Assembly: GCF_000400465.1 (NCBI RefSeq)
Contig: NW_008806290.1
Span: 30,001 to 62,000, forward strand
Source: Wallemia ichthyophaga EXF-994
Lineage: Eukaryota; Fungi; Basidiomycota
Length of the DNA: 32,000 nt
Direction: 5' to 3'
Part shown: in pieces, positions 1 to 10,128 of the stretch
Numbering within the stretch: the first letter of the stretch is position 1
Layout: every line of letters begins with the position of its first letter
Made by a program: the position numbers and the translations under genes
The notes under the pieces: model-generated
The model's database searches: none
What the model was told of the DNA's origin: nothing
What the model saw: only the letters and a program-made list of their open reading frames with translations

Positions 1-583
1 GCATGAATCTATAAAACGCTGTCTCTCATACTAAAAAAGAAGGCCAATTAAGTAAATATTTGATATACATTTAATCAGGTCAGTAATATTCTCGTTTAAC
101 TTTCATAATGTATACAAAGTAAAATAAAGCACAAAGGACATGTGAAATTCGTAGATCGTTCGTCTATGACAGGAATTTAGCCCATAATGATAATAATCTG
201 CTTGGAATATCAGTCAGTATGTTTCTCTCAGATATAGCTGAGAATAGCTGAGGTGCATAGAGTTCAGTCAAAAAGGCATAGTTTGTCGTCAATTTTGATT
301 CAGACGCAACTTACTTAAGAGTACCATCATGATACTCTGTGCAAGTCCCAGCTACTCCAACTGAAACTCACCTTAATGCTCGAACCACTCTCCTGTGTTG
401 TGGAGTGGTATGGCTATCAATTTATAATTCTCATCTTTTCAAATTTGATTGATGATGGAAGTTCAAGTAGAAAAGAAGTAGAGGTAGAATATGGGTCATT
501 AAAATGCAATGTATTGATTAGAATAAATGCGATGCGAGTTTTTTATCGAGAACGAGGGCAATCAAGAGAGCAATTCAAATCAT

Positions 584-1521
584 TTACAGCACTTTATCGA
601 TAATCTTCACTTAGTTAGTATGGTAAGACTCAAATCTATATGAACCCAGCTCACATGAATCACACCATTAGACAGTAAGATGTCAGTTCTGAGTATATTG
701 GCAGTAGTATACCCGTCATTCCCGACGACTTTCTTCCTACCGTCGAGACCATTAACGATAGCGACGCAGGTACCATAGAGGGTCTCCAGGGACATACCAT
801 CGACGAGATCAGACGAATAGATGAGAGTTCTATTAGTAGAGAAGTGTCTCAGCGCGATATCGCGCTTATTGTCTTGGTGATTTTGTTTATTGTGATGATG
901 GTGCTCATAAAATGCCTGAGATGTAGGCACGAAAGCTGTAACACCGGTCATGCCCCTAATTACATGCGCGAGAAAAGCGCTAGAAACAAAATCGGCAACT
1001 TGGTCCATCTTCATGGCTGAGAGAGTATTGAAAAAATCTTCAGGGATCTGGATCAATTGCGGTATTGTCCATATGTGAAGGTGCATGTAGGATGACTTGG
1101 CTTGAACACACAGACGAGAGAGAGGAGTAACGATTGTTGTGAAACTCCCATTTACGTCAACGATGAGTGATTGTGTGGGGTGCGAGTGGGGCAGGTCAGT
1201 GTATCTCGTGAGAAGGCTAGGTGAAACGTATCTGCCATTACGATTGGGTATCCAAACATCGAGTATATGGTAATTTAGTAGATCCTGGAGGTCGCTCGTG
1301 CTTAGTTGTGATATTCCGCTGCCGTGAAAAGCTTCATTGAGGGGTGCGAGTAGTGTTATTTGTTTTGAAGAAATGTGTTTATCGCTGCCGCTGCCACTAC
1401 TAGTACTTGCCAATTTCAGTTCAAATATCTCAGGTACCTGGCCAACGAGAGTGGCCATCGTGCTCGCATTTAGATAGTTCAGAGCGTGAACAAGACCATT
1501 TGCGAAAGTGGATAGTGGCAT
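584..1521 (-). CDS. Fasciclin (FAS1) domain protein, 2 exons (intron 605-654)
   Basis: ORF from ATG 1521 contains FAS1 motifs (LLNYHIL; VTAFVPTSQAF; DILLSNGVIH). Removing a 50-nt GTGAGC...CTAAC...AAG intron completes the FAS1 end motif GVIH|IIDKVL-stop (TAA 586-584). Confidence 0.75.
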
Positions 1522-1742
1522 TAATGGGATTTTGATGGTGAGAGTGTAAGCCTTGTTTTTGCTTTGTGTGTATCGTGTAAATCATGTGTGGCTAGAAGTG
1601 ACTATTTGTTGGGTAAATCAGGTGGACACGTGATAACAAATATAATCTGGACACTCCAATAGACATTTGTATTTTCAGCCAATTATTATCCCTGTATTGT
1701 CCATTTCTTGGTTGAATTCGTACAAAAATCCCGGCGAGACCA

Positions 1743-2750
1743 ATGGCAGCGCACTATTCACAGCCAGAGACGAGTTATGCGTTGGAGGGACTAATAAACA
1801 CTCCAATGGAGAGAATTGATGGAAGAAACTACGACGATTATCGCAGCCTCAAATTCGAAACTGGGAATTCACCGAGTAGCTCTGGTTCGGCATACATTTG
1901 TGGTGCAGGCTGTGAATGGCAGGTGTGTATCAAGCTTGATGTCGTTGAGGGATTCAGCGCTGGTGGACTAGATGCTCAAGTGGAGTACACGAGTGCTGCT
2001 GCGAATTCACAAAAGATACCACCACTTATTACACCAGGCTTACTCTCAAATCTCGTAAATGTCACTCTATCCCCTATTATTCCACCACGCGTATTTCAAA
2101 TATTAGATGCTGGCGATAAATCAAAGTGGTTCAGACTGCAGATGTCTGCGGCGTTGATGTCAGCTGAGAATTGCAGCAGTAGCAGCATTATCGACACACT
2201 CTTCTTAGCCGTAAAGATGGCCCTTTCTGAGACGAGGCTGCCTAGAACTCGTCCGCTAGTGTTCGAGGCACAGGGCGAGACAGCGGGGGAGAATATCAAT
2301 GAGGATCTCGAGAAATTTGGTTTGAAGACTGGTGGCTCTGGGAATAAGAACAGAAGCGCTGCTGATTTTGAACTGGTAGATCAGTGGCATGAAGGTGATC
2401 CAATTCCTGGCATAGATAACCTGCCATTGTCGATAACACTCAATGTTGTACGTATAGGGAGGCTGGGTGATACTGTACACTCGCTCACTCACTTACAGGT
2501 TCAATCGATCTACTTCGTTGACGCTACCTCGCTTGAGGGCGCTGTCCCTGGTCTCATCTCGTACACGCTACTCTTCGATAAGGATGGAGCTATCAGAGGT
2601 ACGCAAATGCTCGGAAGCGGTGAGCTGGAGTACAAGCAGCTACCAAAGCTGATTCATGTGGGTGTTGCTCGACGCAGGATATTACAATCAAGGCTAACGC
2701 ACGCCGCAGGAAGCATCAAAACTGATAACGGACCTTTTTACGCTTTTTAA
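1743..2750 (+). CDS. RRP42: Exosome complex component RRP42 (RNase PH family); probable in-frame 51-nt intron 2448-2498
   Basis: N-terminus (ETSYALEGLINTPMERIDGRNYDDYRSL...SSGSA) matches the Rrp42 pattern (SY...R.DGR...R). The late motif ITLNV|VQSIYFVDATSLE is restored by splicing GTACGT...CTTACAG. Confidence 0.8.
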   Translation: MAAHYSQPETSYALEGLINTPMERIDGRNYDDYRSLKFETGNSPSSSGSAYICGAGCEWQVCIKLDVVEGFSAGGLDAQVEYTSAAANSQKIPPLITPGLLSNLVNVTLSPIIPPRVFQILDAGDKSKWFRLQMSAALMSAENCSSSSIIDTLFLAVKMALSETRLPRTRPLVFEAQGETAGENINEDLEKFGLKTGGSGNKNRSAADFELVDQWHEGDPIPGIDNLPLSITLNVVRIGRLGDTVHSLTHLQVQSIYFVDATSLEGAVPGLISYTLLFDKDGAIRGTQMLGSGELEYKQLPKLIHVGVARRRILQSRLTHAAGSIKTDNGPFYAF

Positions 2751-2982
2751 CAAGGATGGGGGGCAATTGCAAGACGAGCAGGCAATGAAAGAGTAAGACA
2801 AATAAGAATCGTTTAAAACCCCTGTAATTTATTTATATTCATTACCTATAATCACTGCTTTCAGTCATCGCATAAAAATCTCGCGTATGGAATTGATCCC
2901 GGCCGTCCTCAGTTACGTGCACGCCCTTCTTATCACCCAAACGACCACGAAGGCTTACGAGGACTGGACGCTGGACGTCGAA

Positions 2983-3902
2983 ATGCCGACAAAGATTATG
3001 TTTGGAATATGGGCGCTGTTTGATATTTGTTTACTCGTCGCTGGCTCTGTGTGTATATCAGTGTCTACTGCTTGGAAATCTCCAGATTTATTGAGAGATT
3101 TGGTAATCAACGATGAAGAGAAGAGAGGTTGGTTGGTGTTACATGGGTAAATAATCACTCAATTCTCACTCCTCCTCAGCTGGTTTCGTACTCGGGATTC
3201 TAATCGTTATCACCGTCGCTTACTCGACTTTTGCAATTCTGCGACGGCGCGCGATACACTTGAAAGTACTTAACTTTACTTTCATTCTCTTAGCTGTCTT
3301 TGTAATTGTCATCGGCTCTTCTCTCTGGCTACTATCACTCAATCAACGTAGCTGTGAGCTTGACAAGTGGTTTGTTAAAACATACGCTCATTTGCCTTAG
3401 TAATGGCGGATCTTTGGAAGGAACATTCACCAGACGAGCAGATCAAGATACAGAATCATGTGAGCATTCTTGCTTGTGCTATTGTCTATTTGACACTCGA
3501 TAGTTCGAATGCTGTGGTATGCATAAGTTCCTGTATAAAAGCACACCCCACTCACATCGCAAACTTCACACTTCACAGGATATCAGAATACCACCGATGC
3601 AGGCCTTTTCTCAGAAGACGCCCAGCAGGACTTCTGCTTAGACCTTGATAATAAACGCGGGTGTATGACGCCAATCGTCAACTTTGCGAGTAATTATATT
3701 AGCTCGGTATACGCGTATGTCCGCTTTGGCTTAGTGTGTTGCGTTGCTCGCCTGCTGACGAAATTACAGTACAATCTACGGGTTTATCATCATTCTCATC
3801 TGTCTCTTCCTGACTACGGTGTGTGTTTTGAATGAGCGCGCTAAGGAAGATAGGTTTAGACGCATCGATTCAAAGCGCTCAGTGGGTAAGTTTGCTCAAT
3901 AA
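2983..3902 (+). CDS. PLS1: Fungal tetraspanin (Pls1-type), multi-exon
   Basis: Spliced product MPTKIMFGIWALFDICLLVAG...AGFVLGILIVIT...LNFTFILLAVFVIVIGSSLW...IQNHFECCGYQNTT...C...GCMTPIVNF...RAKEDRFRRIDSKR. It has hydrophobic TM-like segments, the tetraspanin CCG motif across a splice junction, and the basidiomycete Pls1-like C-terminal RF..ID.KR tail. The small 3' exons are uncertain, and an in-frame ATG at 2887 could extend the N-terminus. Confidence 0.8.
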
Positions 3903-3998
3903 AGCATATTAGAGTAGAGCAAAACATCATACCATTACTTGAATCAATACTCCTAGACAATTAAATGAATTGAAATGCATACCGATACCAATACACTT

Positions 3999-4862
3999 TT
4001 ACTTTTCCCTTGGCTGGGACCATTGTACAGACAAAATAAGATTATCATAACCCATGCCATTAACCTTCTCAAGGGCCTTCTCAGCATCTGAACGCATCTC
4101 GAAGCTGACGAAAGCGAAACCTTTAGACGCTCTCGTTTCTCTATCTCTACCAATAAATACTCTTTGAACGCGACCGAATCTCTTGAACAATTCTTTGAGA
4201 TCGTCTTCGTGTGTGTCTTCGGAGACGTTTGTGACACGCAATGTAGGATATTCATCTCTGGAAGGAGCACCAGGACCAGCACCGGAAGCTCTAGCACCAG
4301 CTCTTTGAGAAGGAGGAATGTATTTGCCGGTTGTGCTTGCAGCAGTGGCAGTACCTTGGTTCGCATTACTTTCATCTGGAGTTTGAGTGGAATCTTGAGC
4401 AGAATCGAGATCGCCGAGTGTAGATTTATATGGACATTTAGTTGTAAAGTGATCACCTTTACACAATCTACAGACAATCTTCTTCGATTTGAGACGCTCC
4501 TTCATCAACTGCTCTTCAGAAGGCTCATCAACGGCAGCCTTGTTTCCTGCAGATAATTTCAAAACAACATTCTCACCGACGGTGGTTGTTGCCCTGTCTG
4601 GACCAGGTGGTTTTCCCTTCTCGAGACCAAATTTTGGCCAATTTTTACGCTCAGCGACTGAGTGATTGACGTTTGACTTTTTCAAGACTTTTTTAAACTT
4701 TCTAGTGACTTGTACTCTCTTCCCATCTGGCAGCGTGCGTACTTCGATGGATGTAATAACATCGCTGTCTGGAGACGTTATAGTCTTTATTTCAGGTTCA
4801 GGCGCTGCGATAGTCTCGTCTACGTCGTCTGCCCAGCTTGTGGATTGCAGTTTATCAGACAT
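3999..4862 (-). CDS. TIF35: Translation initiation factor eIF3 subunit g
   Basis: Single-exon 287-aa ORF with SWADD start, VAERKNWPKFG, Zn-knuckle CRLCKGDHFTTKCPY and a C-terminal RRM (TLRVTNVSED...SKGFAFVSF...GYDNLILSVQW). Confidence 0.97.
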   Translation of the reverse strand: MSDKLQSTSWADDVDETIAAPEPEIKTITSPDSDVITSIEVRTLPDGKRVQVTRKFKKVLKKSNVNHSVAERKNWPKFGLEKGKPPGPDRATTTVGENVVLKLSAGNKAAVDEPSEEQLMKERLKSKKIVCRLCKGDHFTTKCPYKSTLGDLDSAQDSTQTPDESNANQGTATAASTTGKYIPPSQRAGARASGAGPGAPSRDEYPTLRVTNVSEDTHEDDLKELFKRFGRVQRVFIGRDRETRASKGFAFVSFEMRSDAEKALEKVNGMGYDNLILSVQWSQPREK

Positions 4863-4925
4863 GAGGATGATGATGGAAGGAAGAAGGCAAGCAAATCAGT
4901 TTAATCTGGGTATTTGAGAGTTTAT

Positions 4926-5684
4926 TCATTTAAATAGCTTTACTTGAAATGTACCTGTAATTCTATATAAGCTGTTTAACTCTATTTTATCAAAAACTCA
5001 CATCCAGGCAGTGAATTGATATCGTAGGTGACTTGTGAATCGAGTTGAAATGCACTAAGGCATCCTTGTATGATACCAACTTGAGTGGAAAGATACTATG
5101 TTCGTTAGAGTATAGCCCTAAATACGCCTATGTCACCCACAATATCCAACCTCCTCGCTGCATTTGCCTCTGAGCTGCTGACATTGAGTAGTGGCTTGTA
5201 GAGGTTATCATAGAGAACATAGGTACCCTATTGTTGTCATTATACTCCAATTCAATCACTCAAATTCACTCAAATTCACCTTATGATTCGTTCTTAGGTT
5301 ATCAAGCTGTTTCCCGTAAAGATGCGTCCAAATTTCTTTACAGAGAAGTTTGATGACTTCTAAATCATTTCCAAGTGATCCACGGCCTTGTGAAATCCTT
5401 TGTTCGATCATTAATCGCGTTATCACAGCGTATTGGTGATTAACCCACCTCTCAGCGACTCTAACGCCAATTGAACCACCGAGCTTCTTCAATTTACTAA
5501 TAAGCTCATCATCTAAGCTATCTTGGGTAATTTCACGCTCCTCGCGTCTCATTTGCACCTCTGTGGACCATCTCAACGCGTTGATCAATTCAATATTGAG
5601 AAGCTCATTAACAATACCATCCACCTCTGCAGACGACTCCAAATTAAAGCTATTTCTATTTAAATTTAACGATGATTTGGACAT
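4926..5684 (-). CDS. TRS33: TRAPP complex subunit Trs33/TRAPPC6, multi-exon
   Basis: LGGSIGVRVAER...LEVIKLLCKEIWTHLYGKQLDNLRTNHK, with spliced C-terminus LPG|CTFQVKLFK-stop (TGA 4928-4926). GT-AG introns are present, including an in-frame 51-nt one. Confidence 0.9.
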
Positions 5685-5799
5685 TTCTAGGTGGGCTAGG
5701 TGGGTTGATCACTCACTGTCATTTCCCAGTCATTGCCATCTAATTCGTGAGAATTTGCTTGGATTTTAATAGCTTTCACTAAGACATTCAATCTATAGC

Positions 5800-8700
5800 A
5801 TGATTTTACTCCCTGGCCCTGCAGCCTTGCCAACTGCTAAGCAGCACTCTCTCTCTCTTGCTGCGAATAAGTCTTTAAATAATGTTAAATCTGTTATAGC
5901 CAGATTCGTTCATTTCGTTAATCTACAAAGTCCTTTAAATGCCCAACAACACTCCATTCTCAATGATCTTCTCGTTTACGGAGAATCCAGCACTCTCGAC
6001 ATCACAAACGCATTCTACGTTATTCCACGCCCAGGTTCAATTACCCCTTGGTCCACAAAGGCCTCTGATATCGCTAAAATGTGTACTTTGGATGGCTTCG
6101 TTGATCGTATCGAGAGAGGTGTGGCTTTCGTCATTGAAACCACTGACAATTCCATTCTCTCTATCAATGATATTGCTCCTATTTCTCATTTGTTATTCGA
6201 TAGAATGACTCAATTACTGATTGACCACCCACCTCTGGACAAAGACATGTTCGAAAAATTTTCACCCGCCCAACTCAACACCGTCCCCCTACCAAAAAAT
6301 GAAAATGATGCTAGAATGACCCTCATTACTGCAAACTCATCTCTCGGCTTGGCCCTCTCTCCCGATGAAATTGAGTACCTCGTCGGCGCCTTCGTCAGTC
6401 ACCCTCAAAATGCCCTCATGAGAGATCCAACTGATGTCGAATTGTTTATGTTTGCTCAAGTCAACTCTGAGCACTGTCGCCACAAGATATTCAACGCTCA
6501 ATGGACTATCGACGGTCACCAACGCGATCTCAGCTTATTCCAAATGATTAGAAACACTGAAAACGTCATTAACGGCAACAACACTGTAAGCGCTTATTCT
6601 GACAACGCTGCCATTTTGAAGGGCTCCAAAGCTGCTAGATTCGCTGCTGTCAACGATGCTACCAACGGTCCACCTGTCTACACCGCCAGCCCCGAGGATA
6701 TGCCCATCTTGGCCAAGGTCGAAACCCACAACCACCCAACGGCTGTATCTCCTTATCCTGGCGCTGCTACAGGATCAGGCGGTGAGATTCGCGATGAAGG
6801 CGCCGTCGGCAGAGGTTCGAAACCTAAAGCTGGCATGAGTGGTTTCACCACCTCCAATTTAATCATCCCAGACAACCGTCAACCTTGGGAAACTGACTTT
6901 GGCAAACCATCCCACATCGCTTCCTCTTTGGATATCATGATTGATGGTCCACTTGGTGCTTCTGCATTCAACAACGAATTTGGTCGGCCTGCCATTTCTG
7001 GCTATTTCCGTACTTTCTCCGAGGAGGTACCTGTTGATAACAAAGGCAAGACTGAAATTAGAGGTTACCATAAACCAATCATGTTGGCAGGTGGTCTTGG
7101 TAATGTCCGCCCTCAATTCACCCACAAAGGTCAGATTAGCGTCGGTGCACATGTCATTGTCCTCGGTGGTCCATCCATGCTCATTGGTTTGGGTGGCGGT
7201 GCTGCCTCTTCCATGACCTCTGGTTCTAGTTCTGCAGAGCTCGATTTCGCAAGTGTGCAGCGCGAGAATCCGGAGATGCAACGTCGCTGTCAGCAGGTTA
7301 TTGACAGCTGCATTTCTTTAGACGACACCAACCCTATTCAGTCCATCCATGATGTTGGCGCTGGTGGTTTGTCCAATGCTTTACCTGAACTTGTTCACGA
7401 TGCTGGTCTAGGCGCTCACTTCGAAATCCGCAACGTCTTGCTAGCTGATGAGAGCATGTCGCCAATGGAGATATGGTGCAACGAGTCGCAGGAGCGCTAT
7501 GTAATGGCTGTCGACCAGACCAACATTGGTGTCTTCGAAGCTATTGCTAGACGTGAACGCTGTCCTTACGCTATCGTTGGACGTGCTACAGAGAGGGAGC
7601 AGCTGGTCCTGACTGACAAGTTACTTGGCAACACCCCAATCGATCTTCCTATGTCCATCCTCTTTGGCAAGACACCTAGAATGTCTCGTCAAGTTGTAAC
7701 CGCCCATCCACATAGGGAGGAATTCGACACCAGTCTTGGTAAATACCTGCATCGGAATATGGAGATAAATGAGATCATGCAGCATTCAGTTGAACGTGTT
7801 TTGAAGTTACCGACAGTAGCCTCGAAATCCTTCTTGATCACCATCGGTGACAGGTCAGTTACCGGTCTTGTCTCGCGCGAGCAGATGGTAGGTCCATGGC
7901 AGGTTCCAGTTGCAGATGTAGCTGTCACGCGTACATCGTATGGATTTGACAATGCTGCGGGTGAGGCTATGGCATGTGGAGAAAGAACACCGCTCGCTCT
8001 TCTTAATGCTGCAGCTAGTGGAAGGATGGCTGTTGCTGAAGCGTTGACTAACGCAGCAGCTTCCAACATAGAGGATCTCACAACAGTCAAGCTCTCAGCC
8101 AACTGGATGAGCGCAGCTGGGTACGAAGGTGAGGGTGCACGTCTTTACGAGACTGTCCAGGCTGTCGGCATGGATCTTTGTCCTAAACTCGGCGTGGGTA
8201 TTCCTGTCGGTAAGGACTCCATGTCCATGTCTATGAAGTGGAATGAGAACGGAGACGACAGACAGGTTACCGCTCCTCTCTCCGTTATCGTCACGGCTTT
8301 CGCTCCTGTTGCCGACGTCGGTTTGTCTTGGACACCACAATTGAGGAGGGATATCGGCGAAACTTCCCTTGTTTTTGTTGATCTCGCAAACAAGAAGCAG
8401 CGTATGGGTGGATCAGCGCTCGCGCAAGTGTTCAAGCAAATCGGTAAGGAGTGTCCGGATGTAGACGACGCGAACCTCATGAAAACATTCTTCGCTGCCT
8501 GTCAACTCGCTCGCCAAGTTGATCCTGAGTTAGTGCTGGCGTACCACGACAGAAGTGATGGTGGTCTTTTCACCACCATCGCTGAGATGGCTTTTGCTGG
8601 TCGATGCGGTGAGTGGGAAGCTTCGTGCATGCAAACCATACCAACTGACAACGCGCAGGTGTTGAGGTGATGACAGACTCGCTTGGATCTGATCCAATAT

Positions 8701-9905
8701 CGTCGCTCTTCAACGAAGAGCTCGGTGTAGTTCTCCAAGTGCAGTCGAACAAGCTGCCTCTGCTTGCTCAAACATTCCACAAGGCCGGTTTCCCCCCAAC
8801 CGCGATCCACGCAATCGGCAGAGTCACGCCTGATAATGAAAACATCACCGTCGTGCAGCACAGCAATATCATCTACGAAAGCACCAGAGCTCAGTTACAG
8901 GAATACTGGGCAGAGACATCGTACAAGATGCAAACGATCCGTGACGACCCGGCATGCGCAGATGAGGAATACGCAACAATCAGAAAATCTGCCGTCGAGA
9001 ACCCAGGTCTGCGCTACAACCTTACTTTTGACCCAGCGCTGTCGAGATTGCCGACATCACTCACTGAGCGTCCGAGTGTAGCTATTTTGCGCGAGCAGGG
9101 AGTAAATGGACATATGGAGATGGCTTGGGCTTTTGACATGGCTGGATTTAAGGCGGTTGATGTGCACATGTCCGATATTCTCTCGGGAAGTGTCTCACTG
9201 CAAGATTTCACCGGTCTGGCTGCATGTGGTGGTTTCTCGTATGGTGATGTCCTTGGTGCTGGTTCTGGCTGGGCGAAGTCGATCCTCCTCAACCCGATAG
9301 CGAGAAAGGAGTTCAAGGAGTTCTTCCATAATGAGCGCAAATTCGCCTTGGGGGTGTGTAACGGCAATCAACTCTTCGGGTGCCTCAAGCCGATTGTACC
9401 CGGCGCAGAACACTGGCCAGAGTGGAAACCAAACCGTTCGAACCGCTTCGAGGCGCGTACGACTATGGTCGAGATCGAGAAGAACACGCAGAGCATCTTC
9501 CTCAAACCACTCGCGGGCTCGAAACTCCCTATAGCCGTCGCTCATGGTGAAGGTAGGGCTGAGTTCAGCGATAACGCTAAGGACGCACTCACCGCTGATG
9601 GGGGTGTCGCTATCAGGTATATCGACAGCGATGATAAGTGGGCTTCTACTTACCCCGCTAATCCTAACGGTTCGCCTGATGCTATCGGGGGTGTAGTCGC
9701 TGCTAATGGTCGCGTTCTCGGTCTGATGCCTCAGTGAGTAGACGCTTCTCGGCATAGCTCGCTTTTGCTAACATAATACTCAAGCCCCGAACGTAACACT
9801 ATGGCTCAGTCTAACTCGTACATTGATCCTACTCAGTCGGCCGCTTGGAAAGGCACTGGACCATGGTTCTCAATGTTCGTCGCTGCGAGACAGTGGGTCG
9901 GATGA
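5800..9905 (+). CDS. ADE6: Phosphoribosylformylglycinamidine synthase (large PurL/FGAMS), 3 exons
   Basis: FAQVNSEHCRHKIFN, KVETHNHPT, GAATGSGGEIRDE, HDVGAGG, HDRSDGGL and glutaminase motifs CGGFSYGDVLGAG and GVCNG are present. The catalytic HPE is formed across the last intron (MPH|PER). The first intron (GTGAGT near 8610) joins ORFs 5800-8670 and 8667-9737; the stop is TGA 9903-9905. Confidence 0.97.
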
Positions 9906-9950
9906 GCCATATGCGTTGACTAGCTGTTATTTGTTCTTGCAAGTATACTG

Positions 9951-10044
9951 TCTGTTTCTATATCTCTTTCTATTTCTAGGATATGTGAATACATCTATCT
10001 GTTTCTTTATCTCTTTCTATTACCAGGATATGCAAATACATCTG
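9951..10044. repeat. Tandem duplication, two 47-bp copies (41/47 identical)
   Basis: tctgtttctatatctctttctatttctaggatatgtgaatacatcta (9951-9997) versus tctgtttctttatctctttctattaccaggatatgcaaatacatctg (9998-10044), lying between the convergent ADE6 and JJJ1 3' ends. Confidence 0.85.
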
Positions 10045-10128
10045 TGTTACATGATAAAGAATCTCCTATAATATGCAAAAATGCCAAATAAATCAAGTGG
10101 TGAAGATATCCATTTGCCCCAATTATGT

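Noticed and set aside
376-412. GGTTCGAG B-box-like word (minus) and a 7-bp hairpin accactc/gagtggt as a second tRNA or ncRNA
   Set aside because: No T stem, acceptor stem or matching half can be formed.
2448-2498. Stop-free in-frame 51-nt introns in RRP42 and in TRS33 (about 5398-5448) as regulated intron retention
   Set aside because: With intron lengths centred near 50 nt and dozens of introns in the window, a few in-frame stop-free ones are expected by chance. They matter only as annotation traps.
9349-9372. ADE6 glutaminase motif GVCNGNQ instead of the common GVCNGCQ
   Set aside because: The nucleophile is the first Cys (GxCxG), which is intact. The changed position varies among PurL/PurQ proteins, and the His-Glu pair is restored by splicing.
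5939-9755. Many overlapping and antisense ORFs of 60-186 aa within ADE6, and similarly within eIF3g, JJJ1, NAT1, SREBP and the kelch gene
   Set aside because: These are shadow frames caused by codon bias of the real genes; none shows a recognisable motif.
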